A DNA stretch of 64,000 nt from Chitinophagaceae bacterium (lineage in GTDB: Bacteria; Bacteroidota; Bacteroidia; Chitinophagales; Chitinophagaceae): contig DALYHN010000001.1 of assembly GCA_031970875.1 (NCBI GenBank), positions 17,929 through 81,928 on the forward strand. Direction: 5' to 3'. The first letter of the stretch is position 1, and each line of letters starts with the position of its first letter. The notes below the pieces were generated by a model, which saw only the letters and a program-made list of their open reading frames with translations, ran no database searches and was not told the DNA's origin. The translations under genes and the position numbers were made by a program. Shown piece by piece: positions 46,167-56,200 of the stretch.

Positions 46167-46946
46167 TTAATGCCCAGAAAAAATATGATGAACGTAATCC
46201 TGCATAGCTACAAATGAGGCTTCCTGCTGCAGGCGAGTAGTTAGTTTGTATAACCTCTCTAAGAGTAAACCTGTACAATATCTAGTGGTATATGTGGGTA
46301 ACCCCAGATTTCTTACATCTGTGAACTCCCAAGGGTGGTAGTAAAGGCTTAGGTAGCTATCCTTACGCAGTGTTTGCAGTGCTAATTGTTGATAGAGCGA
46401 AAAGGGGAAGTTTTTAAGGCTCAACCAAAAAAGCGGTAGACGTAAACGATGGCTTACTGATGCAGGAATACGAAGCAAGCCTTGTTCTTTGTAAGTATTT
46501 CTTGGGAGGTGAAGATTATTGTATCGACCAGGTAGCCATGTAGGGTGTATGGATGCATCGTACTGATAGCCAGCATCAATAATATCTTGAACTGGCACTT
46601 GTTTCATGCGTGGCATTCTTAAGCCAGTAACAGGTTTTCCGGTGATGGCTTCTAATCTTAGTCGAGATGTTGCTAAGTCAGCTGTTTCAAATTTGCTGTG
46701 GTAATAAGTGTGCGAAGCAATTTCATGCTGAACCGATAGTGCTTTTATCGTGTCAGGATATTGATCTGCGAAGTTGGCTGTTGTGAAAAGTGTTGTTGTA
46801 ATGGAGTTATCCTGTAATAAAGGCATTAGTGTATCTAATCCCTTTTTACCTAATTCCATTTGAAGTGCTATAGGGATATTATTGCCATATTCTAGTGGCA
46901 TATCAAACTCTTCAACATCAAAGCTTAGTAAAACAACAGGCTTCAT
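46167..46946 (-). CDS. polysaccharide deacetylase (CE4/NodB-fold) family protein
   Basis: 259 aa with VLLSFDVEEFD (metal/acid motif) and HEIASHTYYH (H-x-x-x-H-like). There is no signal peptide. An ATGA overlap links it to the upstream GT2. Confidence 0.75.
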   Translation of the reverse strand: MKPVVLLSFDVEEFDMPLEYGNNIPIALQMELGKKGLDTLMPLLQDNSITTTLFTTANFADQYPDTIKALSVQHEIASHTYYHSKFETADLATSRLRLEAITGKPVTGLRMPRMKQVPVQDIIDAGYQYDASIHPTWLPGRYNNLHLPRNTYKEQGLLRIPASVSHRLRLPLFWLSLKNFPFSLYQQLALQTLRKDSYLSLYYHPWEFTDVRNLGLPTYTTRYCTGLLLERLYKLTTRLQQEASFVAMQDYVHHIFSGH

Positions 46947-47887
46947 AGATTGGTCTCTTTCACAATGTAATGAGGTCTTTGTTTACTCTGTATGAAGATT
47001 TTTCCAAGGTAAAGGCCAATAATTCCTAAAATCATTAATTGTACACCTCCAAGAAAAACAACTGTTACAATTAATGACGCCCAACCTGAAATGGGATGAC
47101 CATAGATGAAACTAAATAACACATAAGGGATATATCCTATAGAAAGTAATGAGAAAATAAATCCAAGATATATTGCTAGATAAAGTGGTCTTACTGTAAA
47201 GGAGGTTAATCCTTGTATTCCAAGCTTAAGAAGATTACTTGAGTTATACTTTGTGTCACCTGAATTACGTTGATTTACAGTATATGGTATGCCAATTTGC
47301 TTAAATCCAACCCATTTTATTAAACCTCTGAAGAAAGGGTTTTCTTCCTGTAAATCCTTAAGAACATTGACTACTTTTTTATCAATAAGGCGGAAATCAG
47401 AAGTGCCATCTTCTATTTCAAATTCTGATAGTACATTCAAAAGCTTATAAAAAATTTTTGAAGTAATTCTTTTTATTAAAGAAGCATGATTATTACCTTT
47501 TTCCCTATATGCAAAAACAATCTCCGCACCAGATTCCCAATGGTTAATCATTTTTGGTATTAAGCTTGGTGGATGTTGTAAGTCTGCGTCAATTGTAATT
47601 ATTATATCACCAAAAGAACTCTTCAGACCAGCAAATAATGCATTGTCTTTCCCAAAATTTCTGGATAGGTTTATATACTTGACCTTTGGATCCTCATCAG
47701 CCAGTTTTTTGATTTTAGCTAGTGTATCGTCAGTACTACCGTCATTTACAAAAATGATTTCGAAAGCATAATTAGTAGAAGCTAATACAGCACAGATTTC
47801 TTCGTAAATCGGTAGAATATTCCCCGATTCATTATGCGCGGGCAAAATCAGTTGAAGCGTTTTCTGCATTGTCTCTGGATTCAACAA
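46943..47887 (-). CDS. GT2 polyprenyl-phosphate glycosyltransferase (ArnC/GtrB/DPM1-like)
   Basis: 314 aa with ILPAHNESGNI, FVNDGSTDDT and DADLQHPP (DxD). Two C-terminal TM helices match the polyprenyl-P sugar synthase architecture. An alternative start is at 47869. Confidence 0.85.
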   Translation of the reverse strand: MLNPETMQKTLQLILPAHNESGNILPIYEEICAVLASTNYAFEIIFVNDGSTDDTLAKIKKLADEDPKVKYINLSRNFGKDNALFAGLKSSFGDIIITIDADLQHPPSLIPKMINHWESGAEIVFAYREKGNNHASLIKRITSKIFYKLLNVLSEFEIEDGTSDFRLIDKKVVNVLKDLQEENPFFRGLIKWVGFKQIGIPYTVNQRNSGDTKYNSSNLLKLGIQGLTSFTVRPLYLAIYLGFIFSLLSIGYIPYVLFSFIYGHPISGWASLIVTVVFLGGVQLMILGIIGLYLGKIFIQSKQRPHYIVKETNL

Positions 47888-49040
47888 ACTGGTGTGTCAG
47901 CAGTTTGAAAGTAATGAATATCCATGCAATCATGCAAGGAAATGCCTTAAGCGAGTATTTAATAACATAATTTTCCCTCAGGTATCTGGGGAATAAATCT
48001 GTAGGGGAGAAAACTGTCAACACCAAGACCATTATCAGTAAAGCAAACATTTGAATAGATGGCTTTGGGCCTGAGAGTACGTACCAGATAGCAAAACCTG
48101 TAACAGCAATGACATAGGTGGGCGACTCAGCAGAGGAACTGAAAATGACCAGACCAATCAGTAATTGAGCAAGATAAATGAGTTGGAAGCGGGTGTTTTG
48201 TAAGTGCTTGAAACGGGTAAGTGGTAACAATGTGAAAATAGCCGCGGGTAAAAGGAAGTACATATTACCCAACATATAATTGCCAGTTGTTCTGCGTACA
48301 AAACCCATAAAAGAGATATCCTGCATACCTGTGTAGAGATAAGTTGTAACGTTTTCCGTATTTTTTTCTACCAGAGAATGATACCAGTCCGTGTAAGATT
48401 GTACAACAAAAGCCGGGCTTGAGATAGCCATTGGCAATACAAATAAAACAATCGTCCAGCATGCGCAATAAGCAATAAAGCGACGATAGTCTTTGCTGAA
48501 AAAGATAAATGCCAAACCAACGATACCATAGATCTTAATCAATGTACCTGCAATAATTAACGCGGTAGCGAGTAGCTGTTTGTCTTTTTTAACCCATACA
48601 TAAGCAAGTACAATCCAAGCAGTAAGCATAGGATTGAATTGTACGTTCTGAATCGAAGTAAGGGTTTCAATCAGTGCAATCAGCAGTATAGTTTTTTTAC
48701 CCCAATCGCTTAATGGTAATTGCTGAATTGCATAAAATAAGCTGGCAATATTTGCCATTACCCAACAAACAACACCAGCTTTTACAGGTAAGAGTGCGAA
48801 AGGTGCTACCAAGACGGCAAATAACGGCCCGTAATGATTCTTATCTAAATATTCTGTAGGATAAGCTAGGTAGAGATTTTTCTGTTCCAGCGTATGCCAG
48901 AAAACCTGCTTGAAAATGAGAAAATTATTATAATAAGAAGGTCCCTGTATAGCACCAATGATAGTTGCTATCAATGGTATAATAAACCATAGCAACCTAA
49001 CATAATTAGGCTTAAGTATGGGGGTAAACAGCTTACGCAT
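47832..49040 (-). CDS. polytopic membrane protein, GT-C-like (DUF2029/GT87-like) candidate glycosyltransferase
   Basis: 402 aa with about 10 or more hydrophobic helices. The first loop, YLAYPTEYLDKNHYGPLFAVLVAPFALLP, resembles the acidic-residue plus Y-x-P loop of GT-C/DUF2029 proteins. Its 3' end overlaps the GT2 start. Assignment is by eye only. Confidence 0.5.
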   Translation of the reverse strand: MRKLFTPILKPNYVRLLWFIIPLIATIIGAIQGPSYYNNFLIFKQVFWHTLEQKNLYLAYPTEYLDKNHYGPLFAVLVAPFALLPVKAGVVCWVMANIASLFYAIQQLPLSDWGKKTILLIALIETLTSIQNVQFNPMLTAWIVLAYVWVKKDKQLLATALIIAGTLIKIYGIVGLAFIFFSKDYRRFIAYCACWTIVLFVLPMAISSPAFVVQSYTDWYHSLVEKNTENVTTYLYTGMQDISFMGFVRRTTGNYMLGNMYFLLPAAIFTLLPLTRFKHLQNTRFQLIYLAQLLIGLVIFSSSAESPTYVIAVTGFAIWYVLSGPKPSIQMFALLIMVLVLTVFSPTDLFPRYLRENYVIKYSLKAFPCMIAWIFITFKLLTHQFVESRDNAENASTDFARA

Positions 49041-49209
49041 TAAAGGGTTTTGGCACGCGAAGTTACGTTTTCAGCAAGGTTTCACACATAGATTATAAAC
49101 AAATTCGCTTTATTCTCTGAGGCTTCAACAGGCCAAAGCCGCTATACTGACTAACACTTCAATGAAAATCAATTCATATTGGCGAATGTTTATATGTATG
49201 ATAAGTTGT

Positions 49210-49241
49210 AAAAAAACACCCGCATATGCGGGTGTTTTTTT
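49210..49241 (-). terminator. intrinsic terminator downstream of the peroxidase gene
   Basis: The hairpin ACACCCGC-ATAT-GCGGGTGT is flanked by A6 and T6 runs, so it is potentially bidirectional. Confidence 0.8.
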
Positions 49242-49257
49242 AAAGAGAGGGGGATTA

Positions 49258-49800
49258 TTATTTTAAAAACTTCATTATCTCATCGCTGTCGGGAGCGGTT
49301 CTGCTTGGGAAGTAAGCAATCATCTTCCCGTTTTCATCCAATAAAAACTTATTGAAGTTCCATTTGATATCAGCATCCAATACGCCATTCTCAGACTTGT
49401 TGCATAGCCATTTGTAAATGGGAATAGCTTTATCGCCTTTCACGTCTACGCGAGTGGTTAATGGGAAGGTTACGCCAAAATTCTTTTCGCAGAAGCTGGC
49501 AATCTCTTTGTCATCTTGGTATTCTTGTCCGCCAAAATTGTCAGAAGGGAAGCCCACAACCACTAGTTTGTCCTTATGTGCTTTGTACAAAGCCTCCAAT
49601 GATTTGTACTGAGGGGTATAGCCGCACATAGAAGCTGTATTAACAACGAGGATTTTTTTGCCTTTAAACTTAGAAAAATCAATTTCTTTTCCGTCGATTG
49701 ATTTAATCTTAAAAGCATGGATAGTGCCTGGAGGTGCAATAAAGGAAAGCATAGCAGCAGCAAATAAGGTGAGGCATGACGCCATAAATATTCTTTTCAT
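49258..49800 (-). CDS. glutathione peroxidase (Cys-type), exported
   Basis: The internal ATG 49800 gives the signal peptide MKRIFMASCLTLFAAAMLSF. GPx motifs are NTASMCGYTPQY, FPSDNFGGQE and WNFNKFL. The track extension to 49929 overlaps comF. Confidence 0.85.
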   Translation of the reverse strand: MKRIFMASCLTLFAAAMLSFIAPPGTIHAFKIKSIDGKEIDFSKFKGKKILVVNTASMCGYTPQYKSLEALYKAHKDKLVVVGFPSDNFGGQEYQDDKEIASFCEKNFGVTFPLTTRVDVKGDKAIPIYKWLCNKSENGVLDADIKWNFNKFLLDENGKMIAYFPSRTAPDSDEIMKFLK

Positions 49801-49859
49801 ATGCCTATTTTTTACAAATAACAGGGAAAAAAGCAAATGGTTGCAGGCTTTTTGATGAA

Positions 49860-50552
49860 CTATATCGTCCAGGCAACCGTAGCAATGCTGAGTTGGGTAT
49901 TGGGAACAGCCAAGATGGTTGCACCACATGCTTCTAGCGTTGCACCCGTAGTGATGACATCGTCTACTAATAATACATGTTTACCTTGTATGGCTGCAGA
50001 ATCCCACACCCGAAAGCTACCTTGCATATTCTGCCACCTACTCAAACGGTTTTTATTGGTTTGAGAACTAGTATGCATCGTACGTTCCAATACATGGGTA
50101 AGTACAGGCTTCTGCCAAACCTCGCTAATGCCTGTACAGATTTCAGCTGTCTGGTTATAGCCACGGATATGCAGTTTTTTAGCATTTAATGGAAGCGGTA
50201 GTAATACATCGATGCTTGCATATAAAGGTGATTCGGCCAGCATATAGCCAATATATCTGCCTAAGAGTTTTCCTATTATTGGTTGTTGTTTGTATTTCAA
50301 TTGCTGCATGAGCTCTTGTAACAAACTCTCTTTGGTATAAAAATAGCCGGCACCTGCTTGTACAATGGGTATGCGGCCGATAAAGCTCGCGGCTACCGGA
50401 TTATTACTTTGTTGAAAGAAACTTGTTTCAGGTAAACTTAGTTGACATCTTGCGCAAAGACTTGTATCATATGGTAGCGCATCTGTTCCGCAACCGAAAC
50501 AATAGTGCGGAAATAATAATGAACGTAAATCTTGAAGCAAGGTGAGTGGCAT
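49860..50552 (-). CDS. comF: ComF-family phosphoribosyltransferase-domain protein
   Basis: 230 aa with an N-terminal CxxC...CxxC zinc ribbon (CFGCG...CARC). The PRTase loop is VLLVDDVITTGATL. Confidence 0.8.
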   Translation of the reverse strand: MPLTLLQDLRSLLFPHYCFGCGTDALPYDTSLCARCQLSLPETSFFQQSNNPVAASFIGRIPIVQAGAGYFYTKESLLQELMQQLKYKQQPIIGKLLGRYIGYMLAESPLYASIDVLLPLPLNAKKLHIRGYNQTAEICTGISEVWQKPVLTHVLERTMHTSSQTNKNRLSRWQNMQGSFRVWDSAAIQGKHVLLVDDVITTGATLEACGATILAVPNTQLSIATVAWTI

Positions 50553-50592
50553 GCTTCAAATTATGCAGCATTATTTTCTTCTAAGCTATTGC

Positions 50593-51963
50593 TTAAAACA
50601 ACTGTCTATACACTTCATCTACACGACCCAGCGCAATGATCTCTATCTTGAAGTTTTTGGGATCGAAGGATTTTTTGTTGTAACGAGAGATGATGATTTT
50701 TTCAAAACCAAGTTTCTCTGCTTCTGCAATGCGTTGTTCAATTCTGTTCACTGCACGTATTTCTCCATTCAAGCCAACTTCACCTGCAAAACAAATTTGT
50801 TGCGGCAGTGGAACATCTTCATACGAAGAGAGTAGTGCGCAAATAATGGCAAGATCAGTAGAAGGATCTTCTACTTTTAATCCGCCAGCAATATTCACAA
50901 ACACATCTTTCATACCAAACTGGAATCCGCCGCGCTTTTCCAATACAGCTAACAATAGTTGCAATCTCCTTAAATCCAAACCACTCACTGTTCTTTGCGG
51001 TGTGCCGTACACACTTTGGGTAACAAGGGCTTGTATTTCCATTAACATCGGGCGCATGCCTTCCACTGTTGCTGCAATGGCAGAGCCGCTGAGTTGTTCT
51101 TCACGTTGTGAGATCAATATTTCAGATGGGTTACTCACGATACGCATACCAGCGCCTGTCATCTCATAGATGCCTAATTCAGCTGTGCTGCCAAAGCGAT
51201 TCTTCAGTGTGCGCAGAATACGATATGCATAATGTCGATCACCTTCAAACTGCAAAACGGTATCCACCATGTGTTCAAGAATTTTTGGTCCGGCTATACT
51301 ACCGTCTTTGGTGATATGACCAATTAAGAAAACCGGTGTGGATGTTTCTTTCGCAAATCTTTGCAACTCTGCAGTGCATTCCCTGATTTGTGATACGCTG
51401 CCTGCAGGTGAATCAATTAAGTTGGATTGTAATGTTTGAATAGAATCTACAATCACCAGATCAGGTTTCAGTTTTTTAATTTCCTGAAAAATGGTTTGTG
51501 TAGCTGTTGCAGTGAGTAAGTAAAAGTTGGCATGTTGATGCTGAATTCTATCTGCACGCATTTTAATTTGCTGCTCACTTTCTTCTCCGCTGATGTATAA
51601 AGTTTTCAGTTGTGTAAGTTGTAAACCGTTTTGCAAAAACAAAGTACTCTTACCAATACCTGGTTCACCTGCAACCAAAATAATACTACCGGGAACAATG
51701 CCTCCGCCTAATACGCGATTAAGTTCAGTATCTGCAGTGATGATTCTTTTTTCTTCAGAAGAATCTACATCTCGAAGTGCAACCGTTTTTGCTTGCTTTT
51801 TTTCTTCTTTATAATCATCCCAACCTTGTTTGTTCTGTTGGCCTTTGTCGATAATTTCTTCAATGAATGTATTCCATTGTTGACAAGAGGGACATTTGCC
51901 TAACCATTTGGTACTTTCATAACCACAATTGCTACAGAAAAAAGCAGATTTCACTTTACTCAT
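50593..51963 (-). CDS. radA: DNA repair protein RadA/Sms
   Basis: 456 aa with zinc ribbon CSNCGYESTKWLGKCPSCQQW, Walker A GEPGIGKST, the KNRFG motif and a Lon-like C-domain. Confidence 0.95.
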   Translation of the reverse strand: MSKVKSAFFCSNCGYESTKWLGKCPSCQQWNTFIEEIIDKGQQNKQGWDDYKEEKKQAKTVALRDVDSSEEKRIITADTELNRVLGGGIVPGSIILVAGEPGIGKSTLFLQNGLQLTQLKTLYISGEESEQQIKMRADRIQHQHANFYLLTATATQTIFQEIKKLKPDLVIVDSIQTLQSNLIDSPAGSVSQIRECTAELQRFAKETSTPVFLIGHITKDGSIAGPKILEHMVDTVLQFEGDRHYAYRILRTLKNRFGSTAELGIYEMTGAGMRIVSNPSEILISQREEQLSGSAIAATVEGMRPMLMEIQALVTQSVYGTPQRTVSGLDLRRLQLLLAVLEKRGGFQFGMKDVFVNIAGGLKVEDPSTDLAIICALLSSYEDVPLPQQICFAGEVGLNGEIRAVNRIEQRIAEAEKLGFEKIIISRYNKKSFDPKNFKIEIIALGRVDEVYRQLF

Positions 51964-52008
51964 AAGGTGCTAAAGATACAGATCAGGAAAGGGTCAATTG
52001 ATTGGATT

Positions 52009-52048
52009 CTACAAAAGCAAAAGGGCCAGCAAAAATGCTGACCCCCTT
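52009..52048 (-). terminator. candidate minus-strand intrinsic terminator upstream of radA
   Basis: The minus-strand RNA would read GGGUCAGCA-UUUU-UGCUGGCCC (one mismatch) followed by UUUUGCUUUUG. Confidence 0.45.
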
Positions 52049-52312
52049 ACTTACTAACCCATTAAATTCTGCCACTAAATTACAATTCTGGAGCAGTTTT
52101 CAAAATAAATTTTTGTCACCCTTGCCTGATTTTCCGGCAATGAAAATCATGATTTCCTAATTGAAATAAAACTTAAGGCAAATTGGCAGATAATTCCTAA
52201 TTAATTGATATTTAGCAAGTTATATGCTAAATAATTAGATTTTCAATACTATTTGACAGCCCGGAATGAACTGGTCGTAAATTTGATATGATCTATTCTA
52301 AATCATTGTGTT

Positions 52313-52999
52313 ATGAATTCTATCATGTTGGTCTCGCTGATTTTTGTAGGTATCAGTATGCTGGTCTCCATGCAGCTAAAATCAAAATTTACGCAGTACA
52401 GTCAGCAGCCCTTGGCTGCCGGGTTAAGCGGTAAGGAAATTGCGGAGAAAATGCTGAGGGATAATGGCATTTACGATGTACAGGTAGTTTCTGTAGATGG
52501 CTTCCTGAGCGACCACTATAATCCTGCCAATAAAACCGTGAATTTGAGTCCCGAAGTATATAGTGGAACGAGTATTGCAGCTGCAGCTGTTGCTGCCCAT
52601 GAATGTGGGCATGCTGTTCAGCATGCTACGGCCTATACTTGGTTGAATATGCGCAGTAAATTGGTACCGGTGGTGCAGTTTAGCAGCAGTATAGTGCAGT
52701 GGGTATTATTGGGCGGTATTCTGGCGATTAATGTGTTTCCTTCTTTATTATTGATTGGTATCGCACTTTTTGCCATGACAACTTTGTTTTCTGTGATTAC
52801 CCTGCCGGTGGAGTTTGATGCAAGCAATAGGGCTTTGGCTTGGTTGGGTAAGGCAAATATTACCAGAGGGCAGGAATCAAACGGGGCTAAGGATGCGCTA
52901 AAGTGGGCGGCTATGACATATGTGGTTGCTGCTGTGGCGTCAATTGCTACCTTAATTCAGTATATCCTGATCTTTTTGGGCAATAGAGATAGAGATTAA
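52313..52999 (+). CDS. membrane zinc metallopeptidase (Zn_peptidase_2 family)
   Basis: 228 aa with the HExxH motif in AAHECGHAVQH. It has an N-terminal TM helix and C-terminal TM helices. Confidence 0.8.
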   Translation: MNSIMLVSLIFVGISMLVSMQLKSKFTQYSQQPLAAGLSGKEIAEKMLRDNGIYDVQVVSVDGFLSDHYNPANKTVNLSPEVYSGTSIAAAAVAAHECGHAVQHATAYTWLNMRSKLVPVVQFSSSIVQWVLLGGILAINVFPSLLLIGIALFAMTTLFSVITLPVEFDASNRALAWLGKANITRGQESNGAKDALKWAAMTYVVAAVASIATLIQYILIFLGNRDRD

Positions 53000-53025
53000 C
53001 TTTTTTAACAGATTTAATAATTTTC

Positions 53026-53049
53026 AGGAGGCTATGGCCTCCTTTTTTT
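53026..53049 (+). terminator. intrinsic terminator
   Basis: The hairpin AGGAGGC-TATG-GCCTCCT is followed by T6. Confidence 0.8.
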
Positions 53050-53247
53050 GTAGATGAACGGCATGAACATATGTTAGTTTTTATAATTTATTTATACTAA
53101 ATCAGTAAAACAAGCGGTCATTAATACGCCATTATCTCTATTTTCATATGATTATCAATATTTTACGTGAAAAAATATTTATCTGCCCTTGATGCAGCAT
53201 TTGTTTATAAATGCCTGTCTTTTTTTTGTTAAATTATTCCTAAGGGC

Positions 53248-53255
53248 TATATTTG
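53248..53255 (+). promoter_or_regulatory. possible Bacteroidota -7 promoter element TATATTTG
   Basis: It matches the TAnnTTTG consensus described for Bacteroides/Flavobacterium primary-sigma promoters. It lies 18 nt upstream of the SusC ATG. This is a single short motif and therefore weak evidence. Confidence 0.3.
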
Positions 53256-53272
53256 GCTCCATTCTAAACAAA

Positions 53273-56200
53273 ATGCACATGAGAAAAAAGCTACTGCTCG
53301 GCTTTTGTGCCATGGTTTTGTCTATTGCCATGTTTGCACAAACAGTCGTAGTAACCGGAAAGGTTACTGACGAGAAGGGTGCCGCTCTCGCTGGCGCTAC
53401 AGTCAGGGAAAAGAACACCAACAATGCGACCAGTGCGGGTGCTGATGGTTCTTACTCCATCAAAGTGAAACCCGGTACAAAGCTGGTTATCAGCGTTGAA
53501 GGCTACACAAACAGAGAAATTGCGGCCAAAGCCGGTGCGGGTAATGATGTATCACTTAATGTTGATACAAAGAACCTGACGGAAGTGGTTGTAACTGCCT
53601 TGGGTGTGAAGCGTGAAAAAAAGGCTTTGGGTTATGCGGTTGCTACCGTAGACAAAAAGCAATTAGAGCAGCGTCCTGATGGTGACGTAGTTCGTTTGTT
53701 AAATGGTAAAGCACCTGGTGTGGATATTGGTGCAACCAGCGGTTTGTCCGGTTCTGGTACCAACATCATCATTCGTGGTGTATCATCAATCTCTGGTGAT
53801 GCAACACCTTTGTTCATTGTTGATGGTGTACAGTTTGATGGTTCTACCAATGCACAATCCGATTTCCGTTATGGTAACCAATCTTCTAGCCGTTTCTTGG
53901 ATTTAGATCCCAACAACATTGAAAGTGTTAACGTACTGAAGGGTCTGAGCGCCACTACTTTGTATGGTGCACAGGGTCGTAATGGTGTGGTATTGATCAC
54001 TACCAAAAACGGTGCGAACACACGTGTAAATAAGAAAACAGAAGTTACTGTTAACCAATCTTACTTCTCTAATACTGTGGCCAACCTGCCTGCGTATACA
54101 GATAAGTTTGGCGGTGGTTTCGATATGTCTACTGGTTTAACATTCTTCAGTAACTGGGGTGCACCTTTCCGTACGCCTCCAGTGTTGGTAAACCACCCGT
54201 ACAATCAACCTAACCTGGCAGGTGAATTTCCTGAATTCCAGGGCAAGACATATGAGTACAAGCCTTACCCCAACCACGTGAAGAATTTCTTCCGTCAGGG
54301 TGCTGTTAGCACTACTTCTATCAACATGAAGGGTAGTGTGGGTGGTGTTAACTTAAGTGCAAACTATTCATATTTAGATGATAAAGGTTTCACACCTGGT
54401 AACAGTGTGAACAGAAATACATTTGGTATTGGTGGTAATGCGAAATTGAGCAACAATATCACATTGAATGCTACTTTCAACTTTGTAAACACAGATTTCA
54501 AATCACCGCCTAACTCAGTGAGCTTCGGTAGCTCTGCTGCCAACGGTTCTGGTGTATTTGTGGATCTGATGTATACGCCGCCTGCCGTAGACTTAATGGG
54601 TCTGCCTTATAAGCGTCCTTTGACTGGTGGTTCCATTTACTACCGTCCTGCAAACGATATGCAAAACCCACGTTGGACAGTTGAGAACGTATTAACTGGT
54701 CAAAAAATCAACCGTACTTACGGTCAGATCTCTACCAAGTATGATATCTTGAAGAACCTGAACCTGACTTATCGCTTAGGTTGGGATAATTACAACACAT
54801 TCGATTATTACTACCAGAACAAAGGTGGTGTACAAAACCCATTGGGTTTCATGCGTACAGTTAACGCGCAAACTACCATCTGGGATCATTACCTGATTGG
54901 TAACTACCAAACAGATATCAATGAAAACTGGAACGTAAATATTGAAGCGGGGGTTAACTCTCGTGAGCGTATTGATGATCAAACCGGTGTTGCCAGCCAA
55001 CAGCAAATCATCTTTGGCTTGTTCAACCATGGTAATTTTATTAATCAGTCTTTCCGTGGTGAAGATGGTGGTAACCTGAATAGCAAATCTAGCGAGCAGC
55101 AGATTGGTGTGTTCACACAAGGTTCATTCGGCTATAAAGACTATATGTATGTAACTGTTGGTGGACGTAATGATTGGGTTTCTACACTAGAACCTCAGAA
55201 TCGTTCTCTCTTCTATCCAAGTGCGAGCGTTTCATTCATTCCTACTTCTGCTATCGCTTCTCTGCAGAACAATAAAATTTTGAACTACGCGAAAATTCGT
55301 GCCGGTTATTCAACCAGTGCCCGTTTCCCAGCGCCTTACAGAACACGTCAGGCACTGAGTGTAAACGCTAATGCTTTCGTTGACAGAGCTGGTACCGCTT
55401 TGAATACAAACTCAATTCCTAACCGTTTGCCTAACCCTGATTTGAAGCCAGAGTTGCTGCAGGAGTTTGAAATTGGTTTGGAAGGTCGTTTCATCAACAA
55501 CCGAGTAAGTGTTGACTTTACATATTATAACCGTGTTTCTAAGGATCAAATCTTGACTCAATCATTGGATCCTTCTACTGGTTATACCAGCAAGGAAGTA
55601 AACGGTGGTGATGTATCTAACAAGGGTATTGAATTGCAATTAGGCGTAACTGCTGTAAAGAATAGAAACTTTACATGGCAGATCGATATGAACTATACAC
55701 GTAACCGAAGCATGGTAAGCAATCTGCCATCTTCTATTAAGCAGATTGTTGTTGCGGGTTATACAGACTTAGGTGCATTTGCCATGAATGGCCAGCCACT
55801 GGGTGTTATTCAGGGTTATTATGTTCAGCGTGATGCAAAAACAGGCCAGCGTGTTGTGAATAGCGCTGGTAACTATGTTTCATCTAATGAAATTGGTATT
55901 ATTGGTAACCCGCTGCCTTTGTGGAAGGGTGCTTTGATCAACACAGTTACCTATAAGGGTCTGAGCTTCCGTATGCAGTGGGATTACACACATGGTGGTG
56001 ATATTTACTCAACTACTACTCGTGCCTTATTGGCTCGTGGTGTAACCAAGGATACTGAGTTCGACAGATATGCTCCTGTAATTCTCCCTGGTGTTCTTGA
56101 AAATGGACGGCCCAACAATATCCAGACTTCTGCAACAAATGCTTACTTCTCCAACTTCGGTTTTGGTGCAAATGATATGAGTATTTGGGATGGCTCAGTA

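Noticed and set aside
50690-51169. A 159-aa plus-strand ORF
   Set aside because: It is antisense to radA, whose identity is unambiguous.
52224-52236. The exact 13-mer ATGCTAAATAATT, shared by the spacer upstream of the Zn-peptidase gene and the spacer upstream of the frameshifted SusC (60208..60220)
   Set aside because: In a 64-kb AT-biased window, chance 13-mer matches are expected. There is no extended similarity or symmetry around either copy.
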